DNA from: Myxococcota bacterium | Lineage (GTDB): Bacteria > Myxococcota_A > UBA9160 > UBA4427 | NCBI GenBank assembly: GCA_965250285.1 | Contig: OZ252299.1 | Coordinates: forward strand, 3,520,001-3,584,000 | Reading direction: 5' to 3' | Length of the DNA stretch: 64,000 nt | In this document: positions 49,595-59,630 of the stretch, in pieces | Layout: every line of letters starts with the position of its first letter | Numbering within the stretch: the stretch's first letter is position 1 | The notes under the pieces: model-generated | The model's input: the letters and a program-made list of their open reading frames with translations, nothing else | What the model was told of the DNA's origin: nothing | The model's database searches: none | Translations under genes and position numbers: made by a program

Positions 49595-50920
49595 TCAGAT
49601 CTCGTCTGCGATCCAGCTGCCGTGGAAGCCGAACGGCACGCGAACGCCCAGCTCGACCCGTGCGATCGGCCCCTTCTCGGGCTCGCGCGCATCGAGAACG
49701 ACGAAGTCGCTGGTGTTCTTGCCTTCGTCGTACGTGTAGAAGAGGAGGTATCCGTCGTCTTCGGAAGCCGCGTTCTCGCGCGGCGCGAACACGGGCTCGC
49801 CACAGGACTCGCCACCTGCGAGCCGGAACTCGGTCATCTTCTCGGCTTCGAAGTCGTACTTGACGATACCGCGCCCTGCCGGCACGTCGTCTCGCATGTG
49901 CACCATGTAGCCATACTGGTGCTTCTGCCCCACGAGCGAATCGGGAACACGCGGGAACTCGACGGGCACCTCCATCAACCGCTTCTCATCGACGGTGCCG
50001 GCCGCCGTGTCGATCGTCCAGCGGGTCAAGAGCGTCGGGACGGGCGGGACGTCGGGCTTCATGAAGTGATCGAATCGACAGGTGTCGATCACGATCTGGT
50101 CGCCGTCTTCGAACGCGTTGACCGGGTGGAAGAGGTAGCAGGGGTCGATCTCGTACCAGACGACATCTGCGTTCGAGCCGTCGCGGGGCATGACGCCGAG
50201 GCGTGCTCCGTATTCATCACTCCATGCGAGGGGGATCCCGCCGTCGGCCGCCTTCGAGAGGTCGAACATCACCGGCAGATCCATGAAGATCACGTGGTTC
50301 TCGGTGATGTTGAAGTCGTGCACCATCGTTGCGGCGCCGACTTCGATGACTTCGGACTGAACGAGTTCGCCTTGCGCGCTGACGCGGTGGTAGGTCAGGT
50401 AGGGGGGCACGAGGCCGTAGGCAAAGAAGAGCAGCTCGCCCGTCTTGGCGCAGATCTTCGGGTGTGCGGTCATGCCCGTTGCGAGCTGGCCGCCGAAATC
50501 GTAGGCGCCGACCGTCTCGAGTTCGGGCGTCATCTCGAACGGATAGTGGAGCTCTTCGAGAGCCAGGATCTTGCCTGCGTGCCCGATGACGTGCGTGTTG
50601 CCGAGCCCGTTCTCGAGGCTCTCCATCGCCTTGGCGAAGTAGTTCTCGCCCTCGGGTCGACCGAGCATCGGCGTCTGGATCAGCTTGCTCTTGAACCAAT
50701 TGGCCTTGCCGCCAGCGAGCTCGATGCCGTGGATCATGCCGTCGCCGAGAAACCAGTGCTCCGACGGCCCCGACATGGGATTCGGTCCGGTGCGGAGGTA
50801 TCGCCCGCAGAGGTCGTCGGGCAGGCGCCCCACGACCTCGAGCGACGACGTCGAAACCTCATCGGGCGTCGGTGCGAAGTTGTCTCTCAGCCAAAACGGA
50901 GCATGGATGGCATCGCTCAT
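49595..50920 (-). CDS. Carotenoid cleavage oxygenase family protein
   Basis: [47 protein letters not shown] (four Fe-binding His present). Confidence 0.93.
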   Translation of the reverse strand: MSDAIHAPFWLRDNFAPTPDEVSTSSLEVVGRLPDDLCGRYLRTGPNPMSGPSEHWFLGDGMIHGIELAGGKANWFKSKLIQTPMLGRPEGENYFAKAMESLENGLGNTHVIGHAGKILALEELHYPFEMTPELETVGAYDFGGQLATGMTAHPKICAKTGELLFFAYGLVPPYLTYHRVSAQGELVQSEVIEVGAATMVHDFNITENHVIFMDLPVMFDLSKAADGGIPLAWSDEYGARLGVMPRDGSNADVVWYEIDPCYLFHPVNAFEDGDQIVIDTCRFDHFMKPDVPPVPTLLTRWTIDTAAGTVDEKRLMEVPVEFPRVPDSLVGQKHQYGYMVHMRDDVPAGRGIVKYDFEAEKMTEFRLAGGESCGEPVFAPRENAASEDDGYLLFYTYDEGKNTSDFVVLDAREPEKGPIARVELGVRVPFGFHGSWIADEI

Positions 50921-50969
50921 GGGTCTCTCCTCGAGGCCTTCGTGGGCGGGGTGCAGGATCGCGCGCCCG

Positions 50970-51009
50970 TATGGAGCGAGACTTTATAGAGTGCCGCTCC
51001 ATAAGTCAA
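50970..51009 (-). promoter_or_regulatory. Sigma70 promoter with embedded operator for the oxygenase-TetR operon
   Basis: Minus strand TTGACT (51009-51004), N17, TAAAGT (50986-50981); palindrome TATGGAGCG-G-CACTCTATA in the spacer; extra half-site at 50970-50978. Confidence 0.7.
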
Positions 51010-51117
51010 CTCGCCGCTCCGGTGCCGGACCGAAGCCCGAAACGCGACCGATCCCACCAAGCTGTTCGCCGAGGCCCGCGGCCCGACTGGGGATTTCGCC
51101 CTCCCCCGCATCGAGGT

Positions 51118-51163
51118 TTGCGGCCGGCCTCGCGATCGGCCAATATGAGAACGATCGATCTCA
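51118..51163 (+). promoter_or_regulatory. Candidate promoter and TetR operator of the dehalogenase operon
   Basis: TTGCGG-N17-CAATAT followed by palindrome TGAGAACGATCGATCTCA (51146-51163, 16/18 symmetric). Confidence 0.6.
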
Positions 51164-51182
51164 GAAAAAGACGGGAGACAGC

Positions 51183-52376
51183 ATGGCCGCCTACTTCGTC
51201 GTCAGCCTCGACGTGCACGACCGCAACCGCTTCGACGAGTACGTCCAGGGCGTGATCCGGACCCTCAAGCCCCATGGCGGCTGGATCCAGGCCGCCGGCT
51301 CTGCCGAACAGCTCGAGGGCGAAGGCCAGGCACACGACCACAACGTGATCATCCGGTTCCCGACCACCGCACATGCCAAGGCCTGGTGGGACAGCCCCGA
51401 GTACCGCGAGATCGTGCCCATTCGGCTCGAGAGCACCGGGCCTGCGCGCCCGTACGTTCAGCCCGCGATCGACGGCGATCGTCCGGACATCTCGGGCCTC
51501 GAGCTCCCCAAGAAATCCGTCGACGTGCTCGGCAAGCGCATGGCCTACGTCGAGGTCGGCGAAGGTGACCCGATCGTCTTCCTGCACGGCAATCCGACGT
51601 CTTCGTATCTCTGGCGCAACGTCATCCCCCATCTGGCCGATCAGGGGCGCTGCATCGCGCCCGACCTGATCGGCATGGGCGACTCCGAGAAGCTCGAATC
51701 GGGCGGGCCCGATCGCTACCGGTTCGTCGAGCACCGCCGCTACCTCGATGCACTGCTCGAGACGCTCGGTGTCGACGAGCGCGTGACGCTCGTGATTCAC
51801 GACTGGGGCTCGGCGCTCGGCTTCGATTGGGCGCGGACGCACGCGGCGTCGGTCGCCGGCATCGCCTACATGGAGGCGATCGTGCGGCCCATGGACTGGA
51901 AGGACTGGCCGAAGGCGGTGACCCCGCCCTTCCAGATGCTGCGATCGGAAGCCGGCGACGCGGCAGTGCTCGAAGACAACTTCTTCGTCGAGCGCATGCT
52001 GCCCATGTCGATCATGCGCAAGATCGGAGACGCCGAACGCAACGCCTATCGTCGCCCTTTCGCGAACGCGGGCGAGGATCGCCGGCCCACGTTGACGTGG
52101 CCGCGTGAGATCCCGTTGGGCGGTGAACCCGCCGACGTCGTCGAGATCGTCGGGCAGTACGCCGATTGGCTGGCCACCAGCGACATCCCGAAGCTCTTCA
52201 TCAACGCAGAGCCCGGGGCGATCCTGACCGGGGCGAACCGCGAGTTCGTCCGCACCTGGCCGAACCAAACCGAGGTCACCGTGCGCGGCCTCCACTACGT
52301 GCAGGAAGACTCTCCCGACGAGGTCGGGCGCGCGATCGCCGACTGGCGTCGCGGGCTGGCAGGGATGAGCGGATGA
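51183..52376 (+). CDS. DUF1330 domain fused to haloalkane dehalogenase (LinB/DhaA-like)
   Basis: N-terminal LEGE...[23 protein letters not shown]; then [39 protein letters not shown] in one frame. Confidence 0.88.
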   Translation: MAAYFVVSLDVHDRNRFDEYVQGVIRTLKPHGGWIQAAGSAEQLEGEGQAHDHNVIIRFPTTAHAKAWWDSPEYREIVPIRLESTGPARPYVQPAIDGDRPDISGLELPKKSVDVLGKRMAYVEVGEGDPIVFLHGNPTSSYLWRNVIPHLADQGRCIAPDLIGMGDSEKLESGGPDRYRFVEHRRYLDALLETLGVDERVTLVIHDWGSALGFDWARTHAASVAGIAYMEAIVRPMDWKDWPKAVTPPFQMLRSEAGDAAVLEDNFFVERMLPMSIMRKIGDAERNAYRRPFANAGEDRRPTLTWPREIPLGGEPADVVEIVGQYADWLATSDIPKLFINAEPGAILTGANREFVRTWPNQTEVTVRGLHYVQEDSPDEVGRAIADWRRGLAGMSG

Positions 52377-52999
52377 GCCGGGGCCCCAACCCCTCCTACG
52401 ACCGAGACGAGGTGCTCGAGCGCATCCTGCGCGTCTTCTGGCGCCGAGGCTACGCCGCGACGTCGATGCGCGAGCTTCGCGAGGCGACGGGTCTCGGGTC
52501 GCGCAGCCTCTACGATGATTTCGGCAACAAGCGCGCGCTCTTCCGCGCCGCGCTCGCGCGCTACCGCGAGCGAGCAGTCCTGCCGATCTACGAGCCGCTC
52601 GAACGAGCCGACTCGCCGCTCGGCGGGCTGCTCGCCTTCATCGATCGGTTCGAAGCGATGCGCCCTTCGGACGTGCGCCTGGGTTGCCTGATCGGTGTCG
52701 GGATGGCAGAGACCGTCCGAGGCGAAGACCGTCGACTCGCCGACGAGCTGACGGCGCTGGCCGGCGAGATGAGAGACCGGCTCGAAGCGTCGATTCAGGC
52801 CGCCATCGATCGCGGAGAGATCGAAGACGCCCTCGCCGCCCCCGAGCTGGCCGCGATGCTGGTGGCCGCGCTCCAGGGCGCCCACTTGATGGGGCGCGCC
52901 CGCCCCGACGGAGAACTACGAAGAGACGCGCTCTCGGGAGCGCGTCATCTGCTCGAACGATTCGCGACACGAACGCCCGGCAGCGAGGCCACACGCTGA
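52373..52999 (+). CDS. TetR family regulator (NemR/ComR-like, GCL motif)
   Basis: [37 protein letters not shown] overlap with the dehalogenase stop. Confidence 0.88.
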   Translation: MSRGPNPSYDRDEVLERILRVFWRRGYAATSMRELREATGLGSRSLYDDFGNKRALFRAALARYRERAVLPIYEPLERADSPLGGLLAFIDRFEAMRPSDVRLGCLIGVGMAETVRGEDRRLADELTALAGEMRDRLEASIQAAIDRGEIEDALAAPELAAMLVAALQGAHLMGRARPDGELRRDALSGARHLLERFATRTPGSEATR

Positions 53000-53096
53000 T
53001 TCGAGAGCGAACGCGCGGCTCGATGGTCGAACTGCCTCGAACATGCGTCGGCCGCCCGCAGACCTGAACGACCCCACCCAGCGAGGGAGCCACAAA

Positions 53097-54182
53097 GTGC
53101 AGATTCGCCCCGAACTCACCGCCTCTCATGACCGGGTCTGGCGCAGCCTCGCTGCCCCGGGCACGTGGCTGACCGGCGCAGAGCGCGTCGACGTCGCGCG
53201 GACCCTGCGCACCGCTCGAGATTGCGCGCTGTGCCAGGCGCGCAAGGCGTCGCCCCTCCCGATGTCGGTTCAGGGGCGGCACGAGGCGGCCGTGGCCGAC
53301 ATGCCCGAGGCTCGCGTCGAGCTGATCCACAAGCTGGTCACCGACCCCGGTCGCATCAGTCGTGCCTGGGTCGAGGGACTCTTCGCAGAGGGCATCCCGG
53401 ACGCCGAGTACGTCGAGATCAGCGGCCTCGTGAGCGCGGTCCTCGTGGTCGACACCTTCCACCGGGCATTGGGGCTGCCTGTGCGGGCCCTCCCCGAGCC
53501 CGAAGCGGGAGCGCCCACGCGGCGGCGCCCGCGGACTGCGGTGCTCGACGACGCCTACGTGCCCATGATTCCGGCCGATGGCTTGACCGACGACTTCCTC
53601 GACCTTTACGAACCCGGTCTGCCTGTGGCGAACGTGCATCGTGCATTCACGCTCGTGCCCGACGTGACCCGCCTGGCAAACGACCTGATGGCCTCGCACT
53701 ACTTTCCGTACGAGCACGTCACGCGGTACACCGACGCCGATCACGACTACGCGATCACCAAGACACAGATCGAGCTGACCGCAGCACGCGTTTCTCGCTA
53801 CAACGACTGCTTCTACTGAACGACCGGGCACGCAGGGCTGCTCCGTGCGGGCGGCGAGCAAAGCGAGACCGAGGTCGACGTCGACGTGGTGCTCACCGGC
53901 GAGGGGAATGGCGGCATCGCCCACGGCGATGCGATCGTCGCTTTCGTCGACGCAACGATGGAGGCGGTGCCGGCGGCGATCGAAGCTGCGCGAGAGCGGC
54001 TCGCCGAGGCGATCGGCGACCGCGGCGTCGTCGATACGGCCGCGGTCGCCGCGATGTTCCAGCTCAATACCCGCGCGGCCGATGCGGCGGGCGTCCCGAT
54101 CGAAGAGCCGACGCGCGAGAACCGGAGCCGGCTCGGCGAGCACCTCGGGTTCGATCCGAGGTCGGACGGGCAAGCGCCCTGA
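53097..54182 (+). CDS. AhpD/alkylhydroperoxidase-related selenoprotein (Sec at TGA 53817-53819), ~361 aa
   Basis: ORFs 53043-53819 and 53886-54182 share a frame; junction reads QIELTAARVSRYNDCFY-TGA-TTGHAGLLRA (CxxU..H); SECIS-like hairpin downstream; GAGGGAG RBS before GTG 53097. Confidence 0.85.
53820..53855 (+). promoter_or_regulatory. Candidate bacterial SECIS element
   Basis: Stem GCTGCTC (53837-43) / GGGCGGC (53849-55), loop CGTGC starting 24 nt after UGA, with G-U at loop positions 2-3. Confidence 0.6.
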
Positions 54183-54360
54183 GGCCGGCGAGACCCGCAA
54201 GGCGGGAAGCACGTGCCCGACCAGCCAATGCAGTCGGTCTGTGAGGGTGCTGAAGGCGCCGCCACGTCGAAACGCATCGAGTCGCGCCGCGACCGGCCGC
54301 TCGAGTTCCGGCCGCGTTTGGTCGACACGAGGGCATGGCCCTCCGCCGAGACCCAAGACC

Positions 54361-55020
54361 GTGACGACCGCCTCGCCCGCCCTCGCGCAGATCGAGCGCG
54401 CGATCTACGACGATCGCCTCGTCGTCGATGGCGATCGGGTCGTCATCGAGGCGGCGCACGAGAATCGCGACTGGGTCGTCAGCCGGTATCGACCGGTCGC
54501 CGTCGATCTGCCCGAAGGCCGGTTCGCACTGCGCTCGGCCGAGGCAATCGAATCGACCCGTTGGCGCTACGAGCTGACGCGATGGGAGAACGCCGACGGC
54601 GACGCACCGTCGCTCGAAGTCACCTACGACGCAGCGTACGTCGACGCGCGCGACCGACTGCACCGCGCCTCGAAGCTCGGTGACGTCGCGAGCGTGCTCA
54701 CGGCACCCCTGGTCTTGCTGCTCGGCTTTCTGCCCTCGGGTGTCAAGCAGTCGCTGGCGCTGCGCGTCGCGTTCGAACCCCGCGCCGCGACGATGCTGTC
54801 GCTCACGATCCAGCGACTCGCGATCTTCGCGCTCGCGGCCCTGATGGTCGTGCACTGGTCGACGGGCAGCGCGCTGACTTCGGAGCTCGACGGGGGTGGG
54901 TTCGTGCTCGCGGTGCTGCTCGTCGATTGGATGCTTCGCTTCAGCGCGATGCAGGACGAGAGCGCGCGCCCGCTCGGGCTTCTCGAGTGGCTCTGGCCGG
55001 GGAGCTGGGATCGGGGGTGA
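54361..55020 (+). CDS. Hypothetical membrane protein
   Basis: GC3-rich frame, soluble N-domain and ~3 C-terminal TM segments; start uncertain. Confidence 0.65.
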   Translation: MTTASPALAQIERAIYDDRLVVDGDRVVIEAAHENRDWVVSRYRPVAVDLPEGRFALRSAEAIESTRWRYELTRWENADGDAPSLEVTYDAAYVDARDRLHRASKLGDVASVLTAPLVLLLGFLPSGVKQSLALRVAFEPRAATMLSLTIQRLAIFALAALMVVHWSTGSALTSELDGGGFVLAVLLVDWMLRFSAMQDESARPLGLLEWLWPGSWDRG

Positions 55021-55210
55021 TCAAGCCCACTGCTCGGTCAACGAGTCGAGGGAACGAATCGCCTGGCCGTTTAGCACGTGCGTGTCCGTACGGGAAAAGA
55101 CGGCGCCGAGCTGCCCGGTATCGCCGACGTCAAATTGTCGCAGCAGTCATCTGAGATGAACGCCCTGCAACTGACGGGCCCCGTTTCGTGCGGCGCGGTC
55201 TTCCGCCCCG

Positions 55211-55993
55211 TCAGGTCATCGCGAAGGGGAACTTCGCGGTGGTTCCGCCGTCGACGATCAGAGTCTGCCCGTTGACTCGCTCGGCGAGCGAAGAAACGAG
55301 GAAGAGCGCCGCGTTCGCGACGTCTTCGGGCTGGGCGATCCGGTCGAAGATCTCGGGCTCGGGCCGACGCACCTCGCCCGCATCCCACTGCGCCTGAATG
55401 CGGGCCGTGTGCACCGCGCCGGGCGCAACCGCATTCACGCGGATCCGGTGCGCGAACCACTCTTCGCTGAGTGTACGCACCATCGCCATCAATCCCGCCT
55501 TGGCCACACCGTAGGCCCCGTGATGGGGCGCCGAGGTGATGCCGCTGACCGAGGCCACCACCGCGATCGCACCGCCTTCACCGCGCTCGATCATTGGACG
55601 AGCTACGGCGCGAGATACGTATAGATGCTGCTTCAGATTTAGCTGGTGATCGCGGTCCCACGTGTCTTCGTCGACCTCGAGGAGGCTCGACCAGCTGGCC
55701 TGCCCGACGATGTTGACGACGACCTGGATTCCGCCCAGCGTAGCTGCCGCTCGTGCCACGGCCGAGATGCACTGATCCTCGTGCGTGACGTCGGCGCCGA
55801 TCGCCACACTGCGGCGGCCGAGCCCCTCGACTTCTTTCGAAACGGCTTCGGCCCTCGCCTGTTCTAGATCGACGACGGCGACGTCGGCGCCGACCCGCGC
55901 AAGCGCCAGGGCGGCCGCGCGCCCGATGCCCTGCCCGCCGCCGACGACCAATGCGACTCGATCCTGCAGGCCAAACAAGCTCGACTCGGACAT
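55211..55993 (-). CDS. SDR family oxidoreductase
   Basis: VGGGQGIG, YGVAK, IRVNAVAPG, GQTLIVDGG. Confidence 0.93.
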   Translation of the reverse strand: MSESSLFGLQDRVALVVGGGQGIGRAAALALARVGADVAVVDLEQARAEAVSKEVEGLGRRSVAIGADVTHEDQCISAVARAAATLGGIQVVVNIVGQASWSSLLEVDEDTWDRDHQLNLKQHLYVSRAVARPMIERGEGGAIAVVASVSGITSAPHHGAYGVAKAGLMAMVRTLSEEWFAHRIRVNAVAPGAVHTARIQAQWDAGEVRRPEPEIFDRIAQPEDVANAALFLVSSLAERVNGQTLIVDGGTTAKFPFAMT

Positions 55994-56070
55994 GATCGTC
56001 TCCTTTCAAATAGTCGGTGCTGGCCCCTCGCCGCCGACCGCGCGCCCGTCGATCGACCGAAGGGATCGGT

Positions 56071-56559
56071 TCAGGAAAGGGCTCGAACTCGCTCGGCGAG
56101 GGCCTCGTTCATCGCTTCGAAGGCGCGCTGCGTGAACCCGCGCATCTCGCCGTCCATGTTCTCGGCGAGGCGGCCGCGAAACTCCTCGTACTGATCGAAG
56201 CGGATCCGATTCGCGCTGAGAGGCTCGATTGCGAAGACGTGATCGGTGTCGAGGACGCCGCGCTCGCCGACACACCCGCGCCAGTGGAGCACGCGTTCGG
56301 GCTCGGCCCGCATGACGGTCGGCTCGACGACGAGCGGCTCGGGCCAGTTCGCCTGAGTGATCTTCACGCGCAAGATGCGCCCGGGCACCAGCTCTCCGTC
56401 GAGGGCGAGCACGTACGGGTTCCACTCCGGGTAGCGCGCCAGATCCGACAGCACGGCCCACGTCGCTTCGGCGCTGCCCTCGATCTCTAGCACGTGACGA
56501 ATCACGAAGAGCGGCGGATCGCGGTGGGGGTCGGCAGATGCGCCGGTCTCGAGACTCAC
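56071..56559 (-). CDS. SRPBCC (START-like) domain protein
   Basis: WAVLSDLARYPEWNPY, FDQYEEFRG, FEAMNEALAERV; GTG overlaps upstream stop (GTGA). Confidence 0.85.
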   Translation of the reverse strand: MSLETGASADPHRDPPLFVIRHVLEIEGSAEATWAVLSDLARYPEWNPYVLALDGELVPGRILRVKITQANWPEPLVVEPTVMRAEPERVLHWRGCVGERGVLDTDHVFAIEPLSANRIRFDQYEEFRGRLAENMDGEMRGFTQRAFEAMNEALAERVRALS

Positions 56560-57671
56560 GTTTGCATCGTCGCGGCCGAGCTCGGCGACGCCGATGCAGC
56601 CGTGGCCATCGGCCGAAACGTGTCGACGACACGCCGGCACCAGTCGACCGCGTGACCCACCTTCTCGGCGGGCGTGTTGCCGAGGCGCACCACGACGAGA
56701 TCGAGCTTGGGGCTGATCAGCGTGCGCTGACCGAACGCGCCCTGACACGAGAAGAGACCGAGGCTGCCGGGAATCACCCAGAAGTGCGCGCCGTAGGTGC
56801 CACCCGGTGACTGCGGCGAAGGGGTGCGGCTGTAGTCGACCCAGCCCTCGGGCAGAATGCGCACCCCATCCCACACGCCGTCGCGCAGGTAGAGGTAGCC
56901 GAATCGCGCGAAGTCACGCGCGCTGCAGAAGCAGAAGGCCGAGCCGACGAACGTGCCGGCTTCGTCGAAGCGAGGCTTCGGCGTGCGCATGCCGAGGGGC
57001 CCGAAGAGCTCGTCGTGCATGAACGCCCGCATGCCCGCCTCACCGCCGCCGACGATCTCGCCGACGAGGCGCGCGAGCAGATTGCTGGCGCCGCTGTTGT
57101 AGTTCCAGCGCGCCTCGGGCTCGGCCACCTTGGGCAGGGTCGAAGCAAAGCCCGCCGTGTCTTTCTTGCCGTCGCCGAACAGCATCGGGATCACGTCGGA
57201 TTCATCGGGCGGGTAGTAGTAGAGCCCGCCGTCGTCGAGCGTCTCGGCTTCGCGAAAGCGCAGGCCGTCGACCATGCGCAGCATTTGATCGACGGTGATG
57301 CGGCGCCGCGGATCGTCGCCCGTCCACTCCTTGACCGGGATGGGCTCGCGAATGTCGAGTCGCCCCTGCCGCACGAGAATGCCGACGAGCGCACTGGTGA
57401 TGCTCTTGGCCATCGACCAAGAGCCGAACGTATCGTCGGGACTCGCGTCGTGCGCGTAGCGCTCGCTCACCAGGCGCCCCCCCTGGATCGCGACGAACGC
57501 ATGCGAGCGCGCGAGATCGTCGGGCTCCTCGGCGGCGAACGCGTGACCCAACAGCTCGTCGAGTGTCGCGACGTCGACGCGGGGGTCGAGCGGGCCGGTG
57601 GGCCACTCGCGGGTCGGCCACGCGACGTCGGGCGGCTGGGGGTTCAGCGGCAGAAGGGGTGCATCGGGCAC
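56556..57671 (-). CDS. Serine hydrolase, beta-lactamase class C/NylB-like
   Basis: SWSMAKS (SxxK), WNYNSG, ARDFARFG.LYLRDG.W, GAFGQ; GAGGAG RBS before GTG 57671. Confidence 0.9.
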   Translation of the reverse strand: MPDAPLLPLNPQPPDVAWPTREWPTGPLDPRVDVATLDELLGHAFAAEEPDDLARSHAFVAIQGGRLVSERYAHDASPDDTFGSWSMAKSITSALVGILVRQGRLDIREPIPVKEWTGDDPRRRITVDQMLRMVDGLRFREAETLDDGGLYYYPPDESDVIPMLFGDGKKDTAGFASTLPKVAEPEARWNYNSGASNLLARLVGEIVGGGEAGMRAFMHDELFGPLGMRTPKPRFDEAGTFVGSAFCFCSARDFARFGYLYLRDGVWDGVRILPEGWVDYSRTPSPQSPGGTYGAHFWVIPGSLGLFSCQGAFGQRTLISPKLDLVVVRLGNTPAEKVGHAVDWCRRVVDTFRPMATAASASPSSAATMQT

Positions 57672-57800
57672 GTGGGGCTCCTCACATCGATCGGCAGAGG
57701 CGCCATGGTGCCACGGCGCGGCCAGCAAAGGGGGGCGCCGGGCCGGGCCCACGCCTGATATCCTTTGTATACCTTCATCTTCGATCAGGGAGCCGCCCCC

Positions 57801-58694
57801 ATGGCCAGCCATGCTTCGATCTCGAACTCCATCGACGTATCCCGCCTGACGGGCTCTCTGGGCGCCGAAGTTCGCGGCTTCGACCTCGCGAGCGCCGGGC
57901 CGGCCGAGGCCGAGTCGATCCTCGAGCTCGTGGCGGAGCACCTGGTCGTCTTCTTTCCCGACCAGCACCTGACCCCCGATGAGCACATCGCGTTTGGGCG
58001 TCTCTTCGGCCGGCTCGAGGGGCACCCGAACCTCGCGCTCGACGCCGAGCGCCCCGAGTTCTTCGAGCTGCGCGCCGAGGGGGGCTCGGGCGCCATCGCC
58101 GACGAGTGGCACAGCGACCTCACTTGCCAGGCCGAGCCCTCGATCTTCGCGATCCTTCACATGAAGAAGTGCCCGCCGTTTGGCGGCGACACCATGTGGG
58201 CCAACATGTACAAGGCCTACGACGAGCTGTCGCAGCCGCTGAAGGATCTGTGCGAAGGGCTCTCGGCGCTGCACGACGCAAGCCCGCACTACACGCCCGA
58301 GCGCAAGGCGATCCACCCGGTCGTGCGGGTCCACCCCGTCACCGGGCGAAAGTCGCTCTTCGTCAACGAGCACTTCACGCGGCGCATCGTCGAGTTGAGC
58401 CACGACGAGAGCGAAGCGCTGCTCGGCTACCTCACCCGGTACGTCTCGAGCAATCGATTCACGGTGCGCTATCGCTGGAGCGAGGGCACCATCGCGATGT
58501 GGGACAACCGCTGCACGCAGCATCACGTGCTGAACGACTTCGAAGGCGAGCGCGTCATCCAACGCGTCACCGTGATGGGCGACCAGCCCGAGCCCGCCGC
58601 GCCGCCGCGCTACGAACCCTTCTCGAACGAGTTCAGCGCCGCGAGCTGGCACGACAAGCCGCTGTCGGATTTCTTGCGCGGGAAGACGGGCTAG
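57801..58694 (+). CDS. TauD/TfdA family Fe(II)/2-oxoglutarate dioxygenase
   Basis: WHSD, GGDTMWA, HPVVRVHPVTGRKSLFVN, WDNRCTQH. Confidence 0.93.
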   Translation: MASHASISNSIDVSRLTGSLGAEVRGFDLASAGPAEAESILELVAEHLVVFFPDQHLTPDEHIAFGRLFGRLEGHPNLALDAERPEFFELRAEGGSGAIADEWHSDLTCQAEPSIFAILHMKKCPPFGGDTMWANMYKAYDELSQPLKDLCEGLSALHDASPHYTPERKAIHPVVRVHPVTGRKSLFVNEHFTRRIVELSHDESEALLGYLTRYVSSNRFTVRYRWSEGTIAMWDNRCTQHHVLNDFEGERVIQRVTVMGDQPEPAAPPRYEPFSNEFSAASWHDKPLSDFLRGKTG

Positions 58695-58770
58695 CCCGGC
58701 GCGCCGGGCTCGCCCGACCCGACTTCGATTCGCTGGCGCCTGTCGACCTGCGATCGAGTGGTCGAACCAC

Positions 58771-59484
58771 TCAGCTCCGCGAGCGCGACCGATCGTTGGC
58801 GCGCCGACTGAGCCCCAGACTCGCAAGCCCGAGCCCAACGAGCAGCGCAGTGGAGGGCTCGGGGGCCAACACGAACGAGTGCTCGAAGTAGCGGGTGCCC
58901 GTCGCGCCGCTCCCGACATCGACCGTCCAGTTCTCGGGCCCGACCGTCAAGGCGCATCCGTCACTGGTGGGCGACACCGCGCGGGCGCCACAGACGCCTC
59001 GAATCGACACGTCGATGCCAGAGAAGAGAGCCGGGGTGCCGCCGACCGGCAGACCGGCACCGTCGAGCTGGGTCTGGGTTCCGATCACGATCGTGGCCAG
59101 CTGTCCTGGATCGATCTCCCAAAGACCCGCGCTGATCTCCGTCGCCTGCAAGCCCGATGCGGTGTAGGTGGTCGACGTGAACAGAATCGACTGAACGCCG
59201 AGGTCAGGGCCGTCGACCGCTTCGAGGAGCAGCGACGTCACCGAGATCGCCAGATCGATCTCACCCGATTCGGACAGGACCGCCGTGCCGGTGTCGCTGA
59301 CGGAGACGCCGTCGAAGGCGAAGGTCGTCACCGCGAGGTCACCACACCCGACGGTGCTGGTGCATCCGAAAGCATCGGTCGTCACGAGCGGAACGCTGTT
59401 GTAGCTGAACCCGTAGGCCGCCGAGACGAGCGGACCGAACGAGAGCAGCAGGGCCAATTGGAATGAGAGCATCAGGTGTCGCAT
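58771..59484 (-). CDS. PEP-CTERM sorting domain protein
   Basis: Signal peptide; C-terminal APEPSTALLVGLGLASLGLSRR; AGGAG RBS. Confidence 0.9.
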   Translation of the reverse strand: MRHLMLSFQLALLLSFGPLVSAAYGFSYNSVPLVTTDAFGCTSTVGCGDLAVTTFAFDGVSVSDTGTAVLSESGEIDLAISVTSLLLEAVDGPDLGVQSILFTSTTYTASGLQATEISAGLWEIDPGQLATIVIGTQTQLDGAGLPVGGTPALFSGIDVSIRGVCGARAVSPTSDGCALTVGPENWTVDVGSGATGTRYFEHSFVLAPEPSTALLVGLGLASLGLSRRANDRSRSRS

Positions 59485-59598
59485 GGCAGTCTCCTGGAGG
59501 GCAGCCAGCAGCACGAAGGGCGTACATCGCCGCCGCGCACCGGGCCGAGAACACGAGAGAACTCTCTCGCGAGCAACACAGAATTGTATCAGGCGGCT

Positions 59599-59630
59599 TC
59601 ACCGCACATTCGGCACGGTCACCGCACATT
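59599..59630. repeat. 12-bp direct repeat, 20-bp period, between divergent PEP-CTERM genes
   Basis: TCACCGCACATT at 59599-59610 and 59619-59630. Confidence 0.7.

Noticed and set aside
55021..55210. Minus-strand short frame with an internal TGA (…HLR*LLRQFDVG…) as another recoded gene
   Set aside because: No Cys-type redox context, no start or RBS, and no recognisable family.
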